DNA of 64,000 nt, taken from positions 8,350,093 to 8,414,092 of the forward strand of contig JAHRHZ010000069.1 in assembly GCA_024137785.1 (NCBI GenBank). The letters are read 5' to 3'. A model generated the notes under the pieces. That model ran no database searches. It was not told the DNA's origin and saw nothing but the letters and a program-made list of their open reading frames with translations. The DNA is from Ginglymostoma cirratum. Lineage: Eukaryota. Positions 1 to 13,529 of the stretch are shown here, piece by piece (the first letter of the stretch is position 1; the number at the start of each line of letters is the position of its first letter). The position numbers and the translations under genes were made by a program.

Positions 1-489
1 TGGTCTCATTCTGGTTACCATTTGCTCTATGGCTGCGTCATAAAACTTCAGTGCTCCAATAAACGTTTTACTAAATTCTGTTCCATTAAAGTAGCAATAA
101 TACAGGACACACTATCCATAAGAATCCAAATTTTTGGGACAGTTTTACAACAAATTTAATGGCCAGGTTGCATTGTGTGCAGCAGAAATAATGGCAATTT
201 AGTTTGAAAGTACACTGAATGTAGGGCTCTTGCCTAATCTGCTGCGCATTAGCAAAGTCCAAACTAAGAGATCCCCTTTTTGAGACCCTGATTTCATGGC
301 TATGTTACTATGAAGAGGTTCCAAATTAACCATAAAAACAAGCAAAAGTGAACGATTTGTAGCAGCGATCCCACTTGACTTTTCTTACAGTCCTGTTGTT
401 GCTGTACAGCACCGAGGTGGGTGGCAGCCCAGGAACATTCACTCTGTCTTAATTGTCCGCACCATTGAGAGTCCAGAGGGGGAAAAAGA

Positions 490-1020
490 CTTGCTTTCCT
501 ATGCTGTCCTTCATAAGCTTTGTATCGCCCAAAGCACTTTACAATTAATTAACTGTTGTCACTTGAAAGTGCAGAAAACATGGGCGGACAAATCAAGCAC
601 AACAATACCACCATTAATCGTGATGAAATAACTGATCAAGTTAAATGGTCAGGGATGAATGTTTCCAATGACATCAGGACGAATGTTCCCTCTGCGCTGC
701 ACAGTTGCTCTCAGACTGTGAGAGCTGACACATTCTCTTCCAATTTCTCCAGCCACTGACCTCAGACGGCATTTATGCAGTAGCTGGAGATATTAGACAG
801 AACATAGACCAGGATAATTCCCTTTCTATTCCTGGAAATTTCACCGTGGAATCTTTCACATCCACTTGAGAGGACAGACAAGGCATTGGCTTAAATGTTG
901 AATCCGAATGGTGGCACACTGCAACACTCCCGCAGTGGGCCACTAGAAGGATAGTGTGTAAATTTTGTCCTCAAGTCCCAGAGTGGTACTTGAACACACA
1001 TCCTTCTGACCTCAAACTGA
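490..1020 (-). mobile_element. Decayed Deu-domain SINE (SacSINE1/AmnSINE-like)
   Basis: Characteristic reverse-orientation motifs: cccaaagcactttaca; aatctttcacatccacttgagaggacagac...ttaaatgttgaatccgaa; ctcaagtccca gagtggtacttgaac (tRNA-derived head). Confidence 0.65.
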
Positions 1021-1699
1021 CAAAAAAAAACAGAAAAAAAAAAAAAAAACTTATTCCATGGAGGGGAGAAATACAATTGGAGGGAATGAAACCAAAAAAT
1101 TACAACTATGCAACAAAGGATTCAATGGAATTGACAAAATAACAATTGAAATTAAATATTTATACACAGCATAGAATTATTCTTCATTCTCTCAAGGGAA
1201 AGTGGGAACGGTTAGCTAAACATTACATTTGTTCACTCATCAATAGGCTAGTGCAATGCACTCCTGATCACAGTGGTATAAAAGCAAAAAGGATTACTAA
1301 ATAACGTAATGGTTAATGCAATTCTCCACAAGCAATAAAATTGTTCACTTTTCACATTTGTAAGACTTAAATGTGACAACTGCAGCAACACATTGGGCTC
1401 AACATTGGTTGTTTGGAGAGTTCTCAGACTTGGGCTCAACTCCAGCCCAGACTAACGAGAAAGTCTCCCATCTATTGTGTGTCAAGCTCCAAAGTGGCAG
1501 CATTGACAGTGTTGGCTCACTGTTTAGTCTGCACTGACCCACTGCATACTCTATAATGCACTTGGGTGTTTTCTGTATGTTAGCTTATGTAATATATATC
1601 ATGGCACATTAGGGTCTTGTCGAGCTAATGTCTTGAAGTGTTTAAACACCAACCATTTACATGGCTCATAATCACAGAATTACACACAGAGCCCAGACC

Positions 1700-4600
1700 G
1701 TATACCATAGAACTATACAGCACAGAAACAGGCCGTTCGACCCATGATGTTGTGCTGAACATGACAGCAAGTTAAACTAACCCCTTCTGCCTGCGATTGT
1801 CCATATCTCTCCATTTCTTGCACGCTCATATGCTAATCTCAAAGTCCCTTAAATGCCCCTATCGTATTTGCCCCCATCACCGCCCCTGGCAGCGTGTTCC
1901 AGACTCCCACCACTGTGTGGAGGAAAAACTTGCCCCTCATCATCTCTGAACTCCCTCACGCCCACCTTAAATACATGCCCCCTAATTTTGGGCATTTCAA
2001 CTCTGGGGTGGCGGGGGGGGGGCGGAATTCTGATCAACTGTCTATGCATCTCAATTTTATAGACTTCGATCAAGTCTCCCCTCAGCCTCCACTGCTCCAG
2101 AGAAACCAACCAGAGTTTTTCTAGCCTCTCCTTATAGTTCATATCCTCTAATCCAGGCAGCATTCTGGTAAACCTCTTCTGCACCCTCTCCAAAGCTTCC
2201 ACATCCTTCTTGTAATGTGGTGACCAGAAATGAATGGAATACTCGAGGTACAGCCTAAGTCTTATAAAAGCTCCAACATGTCATCCTGACTCTTGTACTC
2301 AATTCCCCAACCAAGGCAAGCATTCCAAACACCTCCTTCACCACCCTATCTACGTGCGTGACCATTTTCAGGGAGCTCTAACCTTGAGCCCCAAGATCCC
2401 TCTGTACAATCAATGCTATTAAAAGTCCTACCATTAACTGAATACTTTCCCTTTACATTTGATCTTCCAAAGTGCAGGACTTCACACTTGCACGCCTTAA
2501 ACTCCATCTGCCATTTCTCTGCCCATGTTGCAACTAATCTATATCCCACTGTATCCTTTGACAACCTTCTACACCATCCACAGCTCCACTGATCTTTGTG
2601 TTGTCTACGGACTTACTAACCCACCCTTCTACATTTTCTTCAAAGCCAAATCACAAACAGCAGAGGTCCCAGTATGGATCCCTGCAGAACACCACTAGCT
2701 ATGGACCTCCAGCCTGAAAAAGACCGTTCCAACATTATCCTCTGCCTTCTATGGGCAAGCAAATTCTGAATCTACATAGTCAAGTCACTGTGGATCCCAT
2801 GCATCTTAATCTTCTGGATGAGCTGACCATGGGAGACCTTATTGAAAGCCTTACTAATATCAGTGTAGACAACATCCACTGGTCTATCCTTATCTACCAC
2901 TTTTGTTGTGAAGTATTGTACACTACTATTGAATTGGAAAGCAGGAAGTTAGAATTTGCTTTTAAAAATGATAGGGGTGGGGAAGAGTGCATAGCCCCTT
3001 CAAGAAGTGATGTGCTTTTCTAAGCTTGCATATTTAGATAAGTGTGTCTGTAAGTAGCTGGAGATGTCCAGCCGGTTCTGAAATTGAAACATGTATCAAT
3101 TGGCTGTGTGATTGGACACCTTCGGCTTGTTTTGATGTTTTGGCAATGAGCTGGAATCAGCCAATTAGTTTAAAACAAGCACTTAGCAATTGAAAGCCAA
3201 TTGAATTTAAATCTTATTGTTTTGACAATCTCAAGAAAATTGACAGATCAATAGGGGTATATAAGAAGGAGGCCTTTGAAAATTTGTGTAAGAGCAAACT
3301 GCCATCTGAAAAGTAAAGTAAACGTCCAGTCCTCAGAAATCTCTAAGCTCTCTCAGAAAGCACCATGTATTCACTTCGAGCTAAAAGTCCTCACAGAAGA
3401 ATTCACACAGAAAACATCCCTGACAGAAGGATCAGCAGAAGAAAGGCATTTAATGGCTGGAGAGACAATGGAGAATGCAGAACATTCCAGAAGACGCACC
3501 TTGTATGGAATTTGAGAGTCTAAGTTTTAATTTAGTTTTAATGCGTGGGTTTATTTCAGTGGGATTAATGTTTATTGGAACAGTATACTAGTAGAATTTT
3601 GTTCAATCTGGGAATAGTTCGTAGTTAAGGGGGGAATTGTTCCATCGGTTAGTAGTTCTGTTAATTTGTTCATTGTTAGGATTAGGTAACTGAATTGTTA
3701 CTTATAAAGTGAATATTAGGGATTTTCTTTGATTTAACCACTCCTTTTTAACAGATTAGATGAAGTGAGGTGAGCTTCTCTGGGTGTTTCCGGTTTCTTT
3801 ATTAGAAGGGGATCTCTACTCCCACCGTGACAGACCGGGGGCTTGTGTTTCAATTTTTATTATCAGAAGTGTTTGACTTTGCCTTCGCCTTCACAACACC
3901 TTTGTCACCTCCTCAAAATTCAATCAAGTTAGTAAGACATGACCTGCCCCGCACAAAGCCATGCTTCTCCAAAGGTGCATAAATCCAATCCCTAAATTCT
4001 CCCCAGTACCTTCCCAACCACAGATTTGAGACTCATCAGTCTATAGTTTCCTGGATTATCCCTATTTCCCTTCAATAGAGGAATAACATTAGCTACTCAC
4101 CAGTCCTCTGGGACCTCTCCAGTGGCTCATGAGGATATAAAAGGTCTTGGTCAAGGCCCTAGCAATCGCTGCTCTTGCCTCTCTCAGTAACCTGGGGTAG
4201 ATACCATCAGGTCCTGGAGACTTATCCACTTTAATGCTCTTCAAGGGACCCAACGCCACTTCTTTCTTGATTCAAAATGCCCTAGAGTATTAGCTTGCTT
4301 CACACAAATTTCACTATCCTCCATATCCTTTTCCTGGGTGAATGCTGACACAAAGCACTCATTTAGGATTTCACCCACATCTTCTGCCCCCAAGCAGAAG
4401 TTCCCTCCTTTATCTTTGAGTGGTCCTACCTTTTCCCTAGTATTCCTCGTTTTTAAATGTATCTGTAGAATGCCTTGGGATTCTCTTTAACCATACTTAC
4501 CAAGATCATTTCATGGCCCCTTCCTGTTCTCCTAATTCCCTGCTTTCCTTACATTCCTCCCAGGCCCTATCTGATTTTAGCTACCTGAACCTTACATATG

Positions 4601-5590
4601 CTTCTTTTTCTCCTTTAGATTAAATTCATAATCTCCCTCATTTTCCAAGGGTCTCCTATGTTGCCATCCTTGACCTTCTTCCTTACTGGAACATGCCAGT
4701 CCTGAACTCTCATCAGGTCATTAAACAATTCCCACGTCAAATGTGAACTTGCCTGATAACAGCTCCTCCCATTAACATGCCCTAGCTCCTGCTCAATACT
4801 GACACAATTTGCCCTCCCTCAATTTAGTACCTGCCACAATGTCCTGATTTACCCTTGTTCATAGCTCTGTTAAAACTTAAGCAGTTGTGATCATTGTTAC
4901 CAAAATGCTCTCCCACTGAAATGTCAGTCACCTGGCCAGGCTCATTAGCCAGTACAAGGTCCAGTACGGCCACTCCTCTATTTGGACTATCCACAGACTA
5001 TTTCAAGAAACCCTCCCAGATGCATTTAACAAATTCTGCCTTGAAAGCCTTTTGCTCTAAGGGAATCCCAGTCAACATTGGGGAAGTTAAAATCACCAAC
5101 TATGACAACTTTTTATTGCATCTTTCCATAATATGCCTACATATTTGTTCCTCAACATCTCAGTGTCTGTCAGGGGCACCTACAGCATATTTCTAATCAG
5201 AATGATTCTATCCATCTCATTTTTGGGCTCTACCCATACTGCTTTAGTGGATGAGCTCCTCCAGCGTGTCCTCTTTGATAGATGTAACTCCTCCACCTCT
5301 TATCTTCCTCTCTATCTCATCTAAAACAATGAAACCCTGGATAGTTGAACAGCCAGTCCTGTCCCCCTCTCAACCAAGTCTCTATAATGGCCACAATATC
5401 ATAGGTCCACATATTGAGCTAGGCTCTAAGCTCATCAGCTTTAGCTTTAATACTCGTTGTGTTGAAATAACTTCAGCCCTTTACCTGTCTCTGTCTGTCC
5501 TTTCTGATTTACTGGTCCTCACCTGTACCATCTCCTCAATCTCTCCACTTGTTGCTCTGGTTCCCAGCTCCCCGCCACACTCGTTTAAAC
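1700..5590 (-). mobile_element. Degenerate CR1-clade LINE (most of ORF2 plus 3' tail), interrupted by a solo LTR at 2904-3898
   Basis: Minus-strand ORFs LERVQKRFTRMLPGL...RLRGDLIEVYKI and WAEKWQMEF...KCEVLHFG are CR1 ORF2 C-terminal motifs. The 3' tail is near 1700 and endonuclease-side sequence lies toward 5000-5470. Confidence 0.9.
2904..3898 (+). mobile_element. Solo LTR (995 bp) nested in CR1
   Basis: Termini TGTTGTGAAG...CTTCACAACA form a perfect 10-bp inverted repeat (TG..CA). Flanks are ACTTT/CCTTT (5-bp TSD, 1 mismatch). Internal TATA-like GTATATAAG near 3257. CR1 sequence is contiguous across it. Confidence 0.75.
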
Positions 5591-6239
5591 CTTCCCATAT
5601 ATGTATATGCACCTGTACACATACAGAGAACTAACTAACCGAAAACACCATTCTATTACATAGCAAACGTAACTGCAAGTGAGATCGGTAACTTTATACC
5701 AGAGTACCATGTCATGTGACTGTCTTAAAAAGGGACAATGCCTGTGTAGTCTGCAATCTACATTATAATACAATAGTTTACAAGAACAGAGGCATAGCTG
5801 TAGATTTACATTGCAAAATAAATGTAAGTAGATATTGTGCTGGAGAAGAGGCAAGCTATCTAGCTTCTTAAAAAAAAAAGACAGCAGCAGAGGAAGAGCT
5901 CCATCGTCATGTTTAGCTCTGAGTGCACTGAAGTAGGAAACAGACCGATGCCAAAACCCTAGAAAGGTGGAATCACTTACCAGATTGCTATGGGTGCAAT
6001 AAGTCACAGGTCTGTGGAAGCTGGACAAACCTGGGGCCTCCATTAAAATATACCATAAAATAGGGCGGCCTAGGATGATTAGGTTCAATTCCTGAGCTCC
6101 ACTGAGATCAACTCTGGTGAAAATAGAGGGTACAGTTTGGATTTCATGTCCAGGATTTGCAGTCTTTCATTGCTGCATTTTCAGCAATCCCATAATCTAA
6201 TATAACCGACACCAACCCTCCTTAGGTGAGCAACACACT

Positions 6240-7700
6240 AGGTGTTGCTTTTGCTAGAAGTAAAAAAAATGAATGTTAATTTAAATTGGACTTGCTACTG
6301 CAATGGAGAGAAATTAGACGGTGACAATTCCCAACATGAAAGTGGATACCTGCTGGCTCCCGCTCACCTCGTTCTCCTCCATCTTTGTCAGAGTTGCCCA
6401 ATATCTCAGGGAATGCTCCATGGGCACTGACATCCTGCAAACCCATTGATAGAGGCAGATATCGGAAACCTAGCAGCTTCAGCAAATCATTTAGGGCACA
6501 TTGTGGACTAACTGGCATTCAGTTCACCGCTTCAGTGCTGCACTTTGGAGGATACAGTCAGCTTACAGTGCCATGTTGCTGCCAGTCCACTCACTACACA
6601 GGGATGGGCATGCATATCCTGCATCAGAATATAGTACATGTCAAGGCTCTCAGCTTGCTCACTCAGTACTCACTGACTCTCCGACTACTCGGATGCTGAC
6701 AGCATCTCTGCACTGTCTTTATACGCATTAACTGAAAGACTCATCATACTTCAGTCTCACCTTGATTCTTAATACAGTCAAAGCCTGGCCACTTATCCTG
6801 TTTGCCAGCGTTAGTCAGTCAAGGAAGTGGAAACATTGCGAGACAGCTACCTGTGAGGTCAATTTCACACCTACAGTATATGCAAGCAGTTCATGCTGAA
6901 TTGACATCAACCAAATGACCACATCTCAAAGTCCAAAGGGAAGTGGTCCTCAGTCAAGGGAGACTATCAGCCATCAGGAGGTTCTGGTACAGTTAGTCAA
7001 GGAGAATCGTCCACTATCAGGCCAGGGGCTAGGGGTCAGGGAGTTCTATATCATTACATGCCAGGGAGGGCGCCCTGGCCAGTTCTGCACATCCAATGCA
7101 ACCAGACAGGGGATAAGTGCCAGGTCAGTCAGTCGGGAGAAACAAAGATCAGTCAAGGATCTAGTCACTCATTGGGGGCTGAACTTCCAAGTTAGCCAAT
7201 GGGCCAGAAAGTACGTCAGTCAGTCAGTCAGTCAGTCAGTCAGTCAGTCAGTCAGTCTCAAAGTGGCAAGATGCTATGCTACACTGGGAACTGGGAAAAG
7301 AATAGCACTCCCTTAGTTAGGGTTCAAACATGCTATTGCACGAAGGATGGGTAGCAAGTGTAGCTGGTAATCTGGTATCCTAACCACAGCTACAATCAGA
7401 AAGGTAATGCTGTAAAGCGGCAATACATTTAGCAATGAGAGCTTCTATTTGGAAAGAAATGTCAACAGTGCCCCGGAAGCTTTAAATTTCTAGTTCCCTT
7501 CCCCATACGTGTACAGCAAATGGCTGGTGGCACTTGATCCAGACCTTATGTCAGCAGCTGCAGCAGGAATCTCAGAAGGTCTGACAGTGGCGAGCACTTT
7601 TATTGCAGCTAAGTGCACGTGAGCAGCACCATAGGAGGTGTGATGCTTACATAATAGGGTGAGCAACAAAATCGCATGGGATAACTCACGAGAACTCAGA
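6240..7700 (+). mobile_element. Possible highly decayed PIF/Harbinger DNA transposon remnant
   Basis: 6394-6435 reads, with two 1-nt frameshifts, LPNIQGMLHGTDI, similar to the Harbinger FPNV.GAIDGTHI motif. 6970-7170 reads EVLVQLVKE...VKDL, loosely Myb/SANT-like. Weak. Confidence 0.3.
7215..7257. repeat. (GTCA)10 microsatellite
   Basis: Directly visible perfect tetranucleotide array. Confidence 0.95.
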
Positions 7701-10700
7701 AATCCTCCAAAAAAACCCTTCTCAATTCAATATGTCGCTGACTTTTGGTAAAAGTCAGCTCAAAGAGTAATACAAGGAGGATTCAAAGAGAGAAAGAAGA
7801 AAACAAGGGATCGGAGCAAAGCAGGCATCTAAGCATCAGCTCAGAGTCTTCGGTCACTGCAAGGAATACAAATGACATGGTGTGTTAAAGGGCAGCATGA
7901 GATGAATCAAAGTGAAAGCAAGGAACAGGGAACTTTGGAATAGGGCAAGGAAGTGCTGTTGAAGGAATAGGTCAAAAGAAGGTCAAATTCATGAGACAGA
8001 GGAAGCAATAGTTGGATGAACACAAAATTGTGGGGATATTAATGACCGAGGATGGTCCCAAAAGAGAAGGGGTAAAATTTAAACTAGGTAATAGACAGGG
8101 AGATGACAGTTAACTCCAGAAAATAAAAACTAGAGCAGAAAAGGAAAATAATGGAAAATATGTTGACAGGGAATGAGATAAACTAAGTTCTGTTGAAGAT
8201 GGGCACAGACCTACTCAGGAGCAGGTATTTCTGCAGGAGCATTTGAATTAGTCAAAGACAGAACACTGGAAATATGAAAATAAAACATGAAAATACAGAA
8301 TAGCTCAAGCAGGAAAATAGTTTACACAGCTAGGTGTTCCAGATTAGGTGTTATTGTTACAACTTCTACATTAACTTGTAATAAAAAGGCCATTTGACTC
8401 AATTTACTGTATCAAAGCGTACACAAGACAAATTTTATTTTACTCATCTTTGTCTGACTTCAATCCTATTTGCCTGAAACTATTCATGGGTAGCATGCAC
8501 CACATTCTAACTATTCTCTGACTAAAGATTTTTTTCCTGAATTCTTATCTAATTTTTGATTAATTAGAGTCTTGACCTCCTCAACTTGCAGCAATACTGC
8601 TACAAGTACCCTATCCAATCCTTCTCTGATTTTCAAAGCCTCCTAGAAGTAGGTGGTCATCATCAATTTGCTCTTTTGAGAATGCAGTGACCTAGTTTGT
8701 TTAGTCTTTTCTGATATCATGCATTTATGAATCTTGTTACCACCCTCTCTATTGCCTGCACCCCTTTGTGAGATGGAGATTTGGACTATAAATGATACTC
8801 CTAGGTAGTCTGACTGAGTCACAGCTAATGGGAACAAGACAGGGGGAAAAAAAAAAACATGTTCTTTACCAATTAAACTTAGAAAAGGAATAACTAATTC
8901 ATCTTCTGTGCAATATGTGCAAAAAACAAAAAAAAAAGTCAGTCCACAAATAAAAACAAACATTTTGTTTACAAACTTTTGATTGGCGAACAATAAAAAC
9001 TTCCCTGCACAAGTTCATTCACCTGGTTTGAAATTCTAGAAAGGTCGTGACAATCGCATCTATCAAAACTATTATACTATTGCACAGTAAAGTTCATACA
9101 TTAATTAATCGACACTGCCCAAGTTTATACCTCAATTGGCCCTCAGGTTCCACTTTGTTGCTGTCATATTTGGAGTGAAGTGCCAATATTTGTATGTGTG
9201 CTTCTGGGCTTTTAAGCATCTAGAGGAGAAGGTCGAACATATAATACCGAAAATATACTGTTAGTCCCACTCTGCTCTGCAGAGATGCAGTTTCTAAATG
9301 ATCACTTTCATCCAAAAGACCCTTCTTGAAGATTATATCTGGACTTGACCTTAGATCACTGGGTATCCCTGGTTTGCCAGAACACAAGAATAAATTTCAC
9401 AGAACATTCAAGCAGTTCTGAAACAGTACTGCAGTGGAGATGTCGATGGTTGCCACTTCTAAAGATCATTCTGGCGTGCAATGTTTGCATTAGCTTAATG
9501 AATTGACCCTCATGTGAAATTGACCTGAAACTGATGAAAAGATCATCGCCAAAGCAAACATAAGGGAAGCACTGAAAGCTATTGATGGTGCATTATGCTA
9601 ATAACAAAGCACAAAAAGGGAATTCTGTTTTGAACGTCCTCTTGCAACAGAATATGTCTCCTTAAATTACGATGAAGCTGACTGCAACGTTCACTGATTT
9701 ATGACATTTAGATGACTAAATGGAAATGACTTTGAGTGTTACTTCAAGTCTCTTTGGTAAACTAAACTCTATTGACTTAATTATACATTGTAATGTTAAT
9801 GGTGCCTGTGAGCAAAGAAATATTGGAAATCGAAATGTCAATTTGCTTACAAAATCTACCTGTAGATGAGAACAAGTTCAGAGATTATAAGCAGTCTTGA
9901 ATTTATTCAAAGTGATTTATTATTTCTACTCTATGTACCTAATAAATCATTCTCTGATCTAACTAGATCCTTGTTTTACCATTCTGAAACACTTGCACAT
10001 TTGCCAAAAGACTTTAACTTGCACGTCAATTCAACGAACATGGCAGGAAGAGGGTCAAATGGGTCCTGGATCTGACATGTTTCCAATGAGCGTCCAAGTC
10101 CGGTAGTGGACTCAGGTGCAATTTTACTTTGATACCACTTTGTCACGACTTCAAATTTTCTCTGCAGTAAGACACATGAAAAAGTGTCAGATTGTATACA
10201 GCTAAAAACCTAAGTGTGCGTACAACCTCCCGCACTCCCACCCCTTTGATACTACTGGTCAGTGGTGCTGGATTATCCCTCTGTGATTGGCTCTCTGGTA
10301 CAGCATCTTAATGACATGGACAGAGTGGTAGTCCAGCCCCAGTCATGATGTTTTCACAGACTTTCTTGCCTTTCTCCTTGAAGCTTTTCACAATGGATAA
10401 CATTTGTCAGCTGCACATTCTCTCTCATTTAAGACAGACCTGCTACTTCTCGAGTTGCTGACACTACATTAAGAAAAATGTTTTCCCCAAGGCTCTCTAT
10501 CTACTGTCAGCCATGTTCTGTGGCAGTCCATCGGCCATTTTCATTCCATTATGGGCCGCCATCAGTCATTTTGTGCTACATAATTATGGACAGCCCTAAC
10601 ATGGGTTGGGTAAGGGAGTTGGAAATTAAAATAGTGGGACTTTTTCTTGAAAAAGGATAATAGGATCACATACATCCCTACTGAAATCCGCTTCAGAACC

Positions 10701-11319
10701 ATTTAACTAGACCCACTCCCTAACACTTTCCACATTACAATTCAAACAAAGTCTTTGCCAAATCTGTCTGTCTGTCTTCTGAAAGTTACTATTGAATCCA
10801 AACTATTATTTCAGGCAGAACATTATAGATAATAAGATCACATACAAAAAAAAAGGTTTTATTCACCCTGTTTGTCATGTCAGTTTTTTAAAATCTGTGC
10901 TGCAGCACGACAATGCTGTTTCAATAACAGAGGAGCAGATTCAAGGCTGTGAAGCACAGTAACAATTCAGAGACAAATGACAGCACGGAAAGGTGAAGTC
11001 ACACATCACATATCTTTGGGAGGGCCTATAAAGATGCAACTTCCCTACGGGGGCTGGGAACAGTGATCGATCAAAAAAAAAAAAACCTGTTGTTCCTATA
11101 GTTCCTGCTAATGCAAGCTTGGAAGCGACTGTGAAGTCCCACAAAACAGATATTGTGGCCACCCTCAAATTATAAGTTTTCATCTGATATTTAGAGGAGA
11201 GATCAAAATATTTTAATGATAAACAGCACAAATTGGAAATATCACAGGACATATTTGTACTTAAATTAAGTATTACCTCAAATTAAGCTTTATGTTGCAT
11301 TACATTCAAGATATATGAC

Positions 11320-11690
11320 TAACAAAAGCACCTCTGCACATCCCGAAATCTTCAGGCCAGGAATAACTCTTATGGAAAATCATTCTGGTCACATCGGCAA
11401 ACGTGGCAGCGGATCTAAATGCATCAATGGCTCTCAGGCAACAAATGAATGAAAGAATCTCTCTGTTGTAATGGTTAAGTAGGGCATGTTACCCAAACCA
11501 CCAGGCTGCTCTCCATTCTTTAGAGAGCATTTTAAGGTCTTAAACACCTACCTAAGCAGATGGTTAAGTGTTCCATCCAGATGGCAACATCCCTGAAAGT
11601 ACAGCTTTTACTCTGCACTGCATAGAAGTGACATAGCGTACTCAAGATCTTGGTAGGCCACAATTTCAGACTCAAAAGCAAATCAGCTAA
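11320..11690 (-). mobile_element. Decayed Deu-domain SINE
   Basis: catcccgaaatcttca...aaacgtggcagc...gatggttaagtgttccatccagatggcaacatcc...tactcaagatc resembles the copy at 490-1020. Confidence 0.5.
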
Positions 11691-12539
11691 CACCTTGGAG
11701 CTGCGGACTATACTGAGCAATCAGAATCAGTGGCAGCCATCTTAGCCCGGGCGATGTGGCTGAGTGACTACTCCAGTGGTAAACAATACAAGTTGAGCTA
11801 TGACATCTCAAGAATTGCAGCTCAGGGACTATTTCACTGAACCTGAGGAACCCAGAATTAATGCAAGGTAACTGCAGTCACCAAGGTCAGGTATTGATAC
11901 ATACTTTAGGCTCATGTAGGGGAGTTCTAGAAAGATACCTGCAATATCCCACAAAATACTGTCAACTTGTGGTCAGCCTTCCTAATATCAACTTTTTATG
12001 CTCAACATTCATTGCTGTCTGATTATGCCTCAGCAAATCATTTGGGGTTTTCTCATGTTAAAACCGCTACATAAAAACATGTTGCTGTTTTACTTTAAAA
12101 GTGGAACTTTGACCATAGAGGAAGGAGGACTTACAAAAGAGGTGTTTGTTTCTCTTGGAAGAACATAACATGGTAATTCAGAATCTGTAAATGTCTCCAA
12201 AATCAGCAATGAGACATCTCACTTTCTTCTGTGACTTCTAATACCAAATGATACTGACTTTTCATGTCAGCTGTTTTTGTACGCCAGTTGTTATTTTGAT
12301 AAAATGGAGATACTTTTTTCGTGTACAAGATACAAGTTTTCATGAAATCCATGGGCATAGAAGATTCTGATTGGACAGGTCCAAGGATTAACTTTACTTC
12401 ATTTCCAAGGTCAAGAGTCATCTTGTCCTCTATAAGAGAGAAAATTTTGGAATTCAGAACTCATCTAAAAAGTTAGACATATTTCATGACTGTGTGCCCA
12501 TTAAGGATTTAGCTTCAAAGCTGATCAATTCAATTACAG

Positions 12540-12880
12540 GTTCTCTTGTGCAGTTTAAACAATGGAATCAACATCCACCTCCAAAAACTCCTCCCACTCT
12601 GGTTGCAGTATATAAGCTGTCCTGGGAACACGATGCAACAACTCACTACTACCGCATCTGCCAGTTCCATAATGACTAACAAGAAAATCAACAATGTCAT
12701 GGGAACTAACTCCAAGTTTGTTGTCAGCCCACAACCCTCTTGAATCATACGTCTACAGTCACTGGGTAACAATTCTCAAATTCCCTGTCTGACACTACTG
12801 CATAAGCGAGATCACAGTAAGAATAACAGAAGTTCAAGGCACCAACCCAACACCCATTACCTCAAAGCACAATACAGGTA
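12540..12880 (+). mobile_element. Decayed LINE 3' fragment (CR1/L2 group)
   Basis: aacatccacctcc...tgcagtatataagctg...gggaact...cagtcactgggt..aattctc..aattccct pattern typical of shark LINE 3' ends. Confidence 0.45.
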
Positions 12881-13529
12881 ACAATGTGATGATCCGAACA
12901 GCCTCCTTCGCAATCCATCATTTTGTTAATAATCTTAACTCATGAACTCTAGTAACAATAATTCTTGGGATTTATTTGGAGTATCATTTGAAATTTTGAA
13001 CTCTTGCAACACAAATTTCCTCTTGGCTTGTTATGCTCTAGTCTCTCCTCATCTCAAACCTCTTAGTCCTCACCTGATACCCTTATGGAAATCAGCCGCT
13101 CAAAATTTCAGAATATTTTAGTTGTAACATGATCAAATATTTCTTTTTAAAACAAATTTAATGTTATCTTTCTGATTTTTTTACTACTTATCAAAGCTAG
13201 GATTCTATACATTTATTTTTTGGCTTGATCAGTGTCAGAGAATAGCAGAAAGACTTCTGCATTCAGATGGATAAATCCTTTAACATCAGAGTACACGTTT
13301 TACCATTCAATTCAATACCATTCAAACTGTTCTTTCCTTGGCTACCTTAATTTCAGAAAGTTACAATATCCACATTTCAAAATGGAAGACAAAGTTTTAA
13401 CAGTAAGGGGATGTGATAGAGTCGGAGAGTAAAATTACAGTAAGCATAGAAACTGGGCCACAAAAGCTTTTAGAAACCTGTGAAGAGAGAAAAAAAAATT
13501 GCAAAGGATCTATGTTTGTCTTTATTGTC

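Noticed and set aside
5585-6088. 167-aa minus-strand ORF
   Set aside because: Non-ATG start, non-protein-like composition, no domain or splice support.
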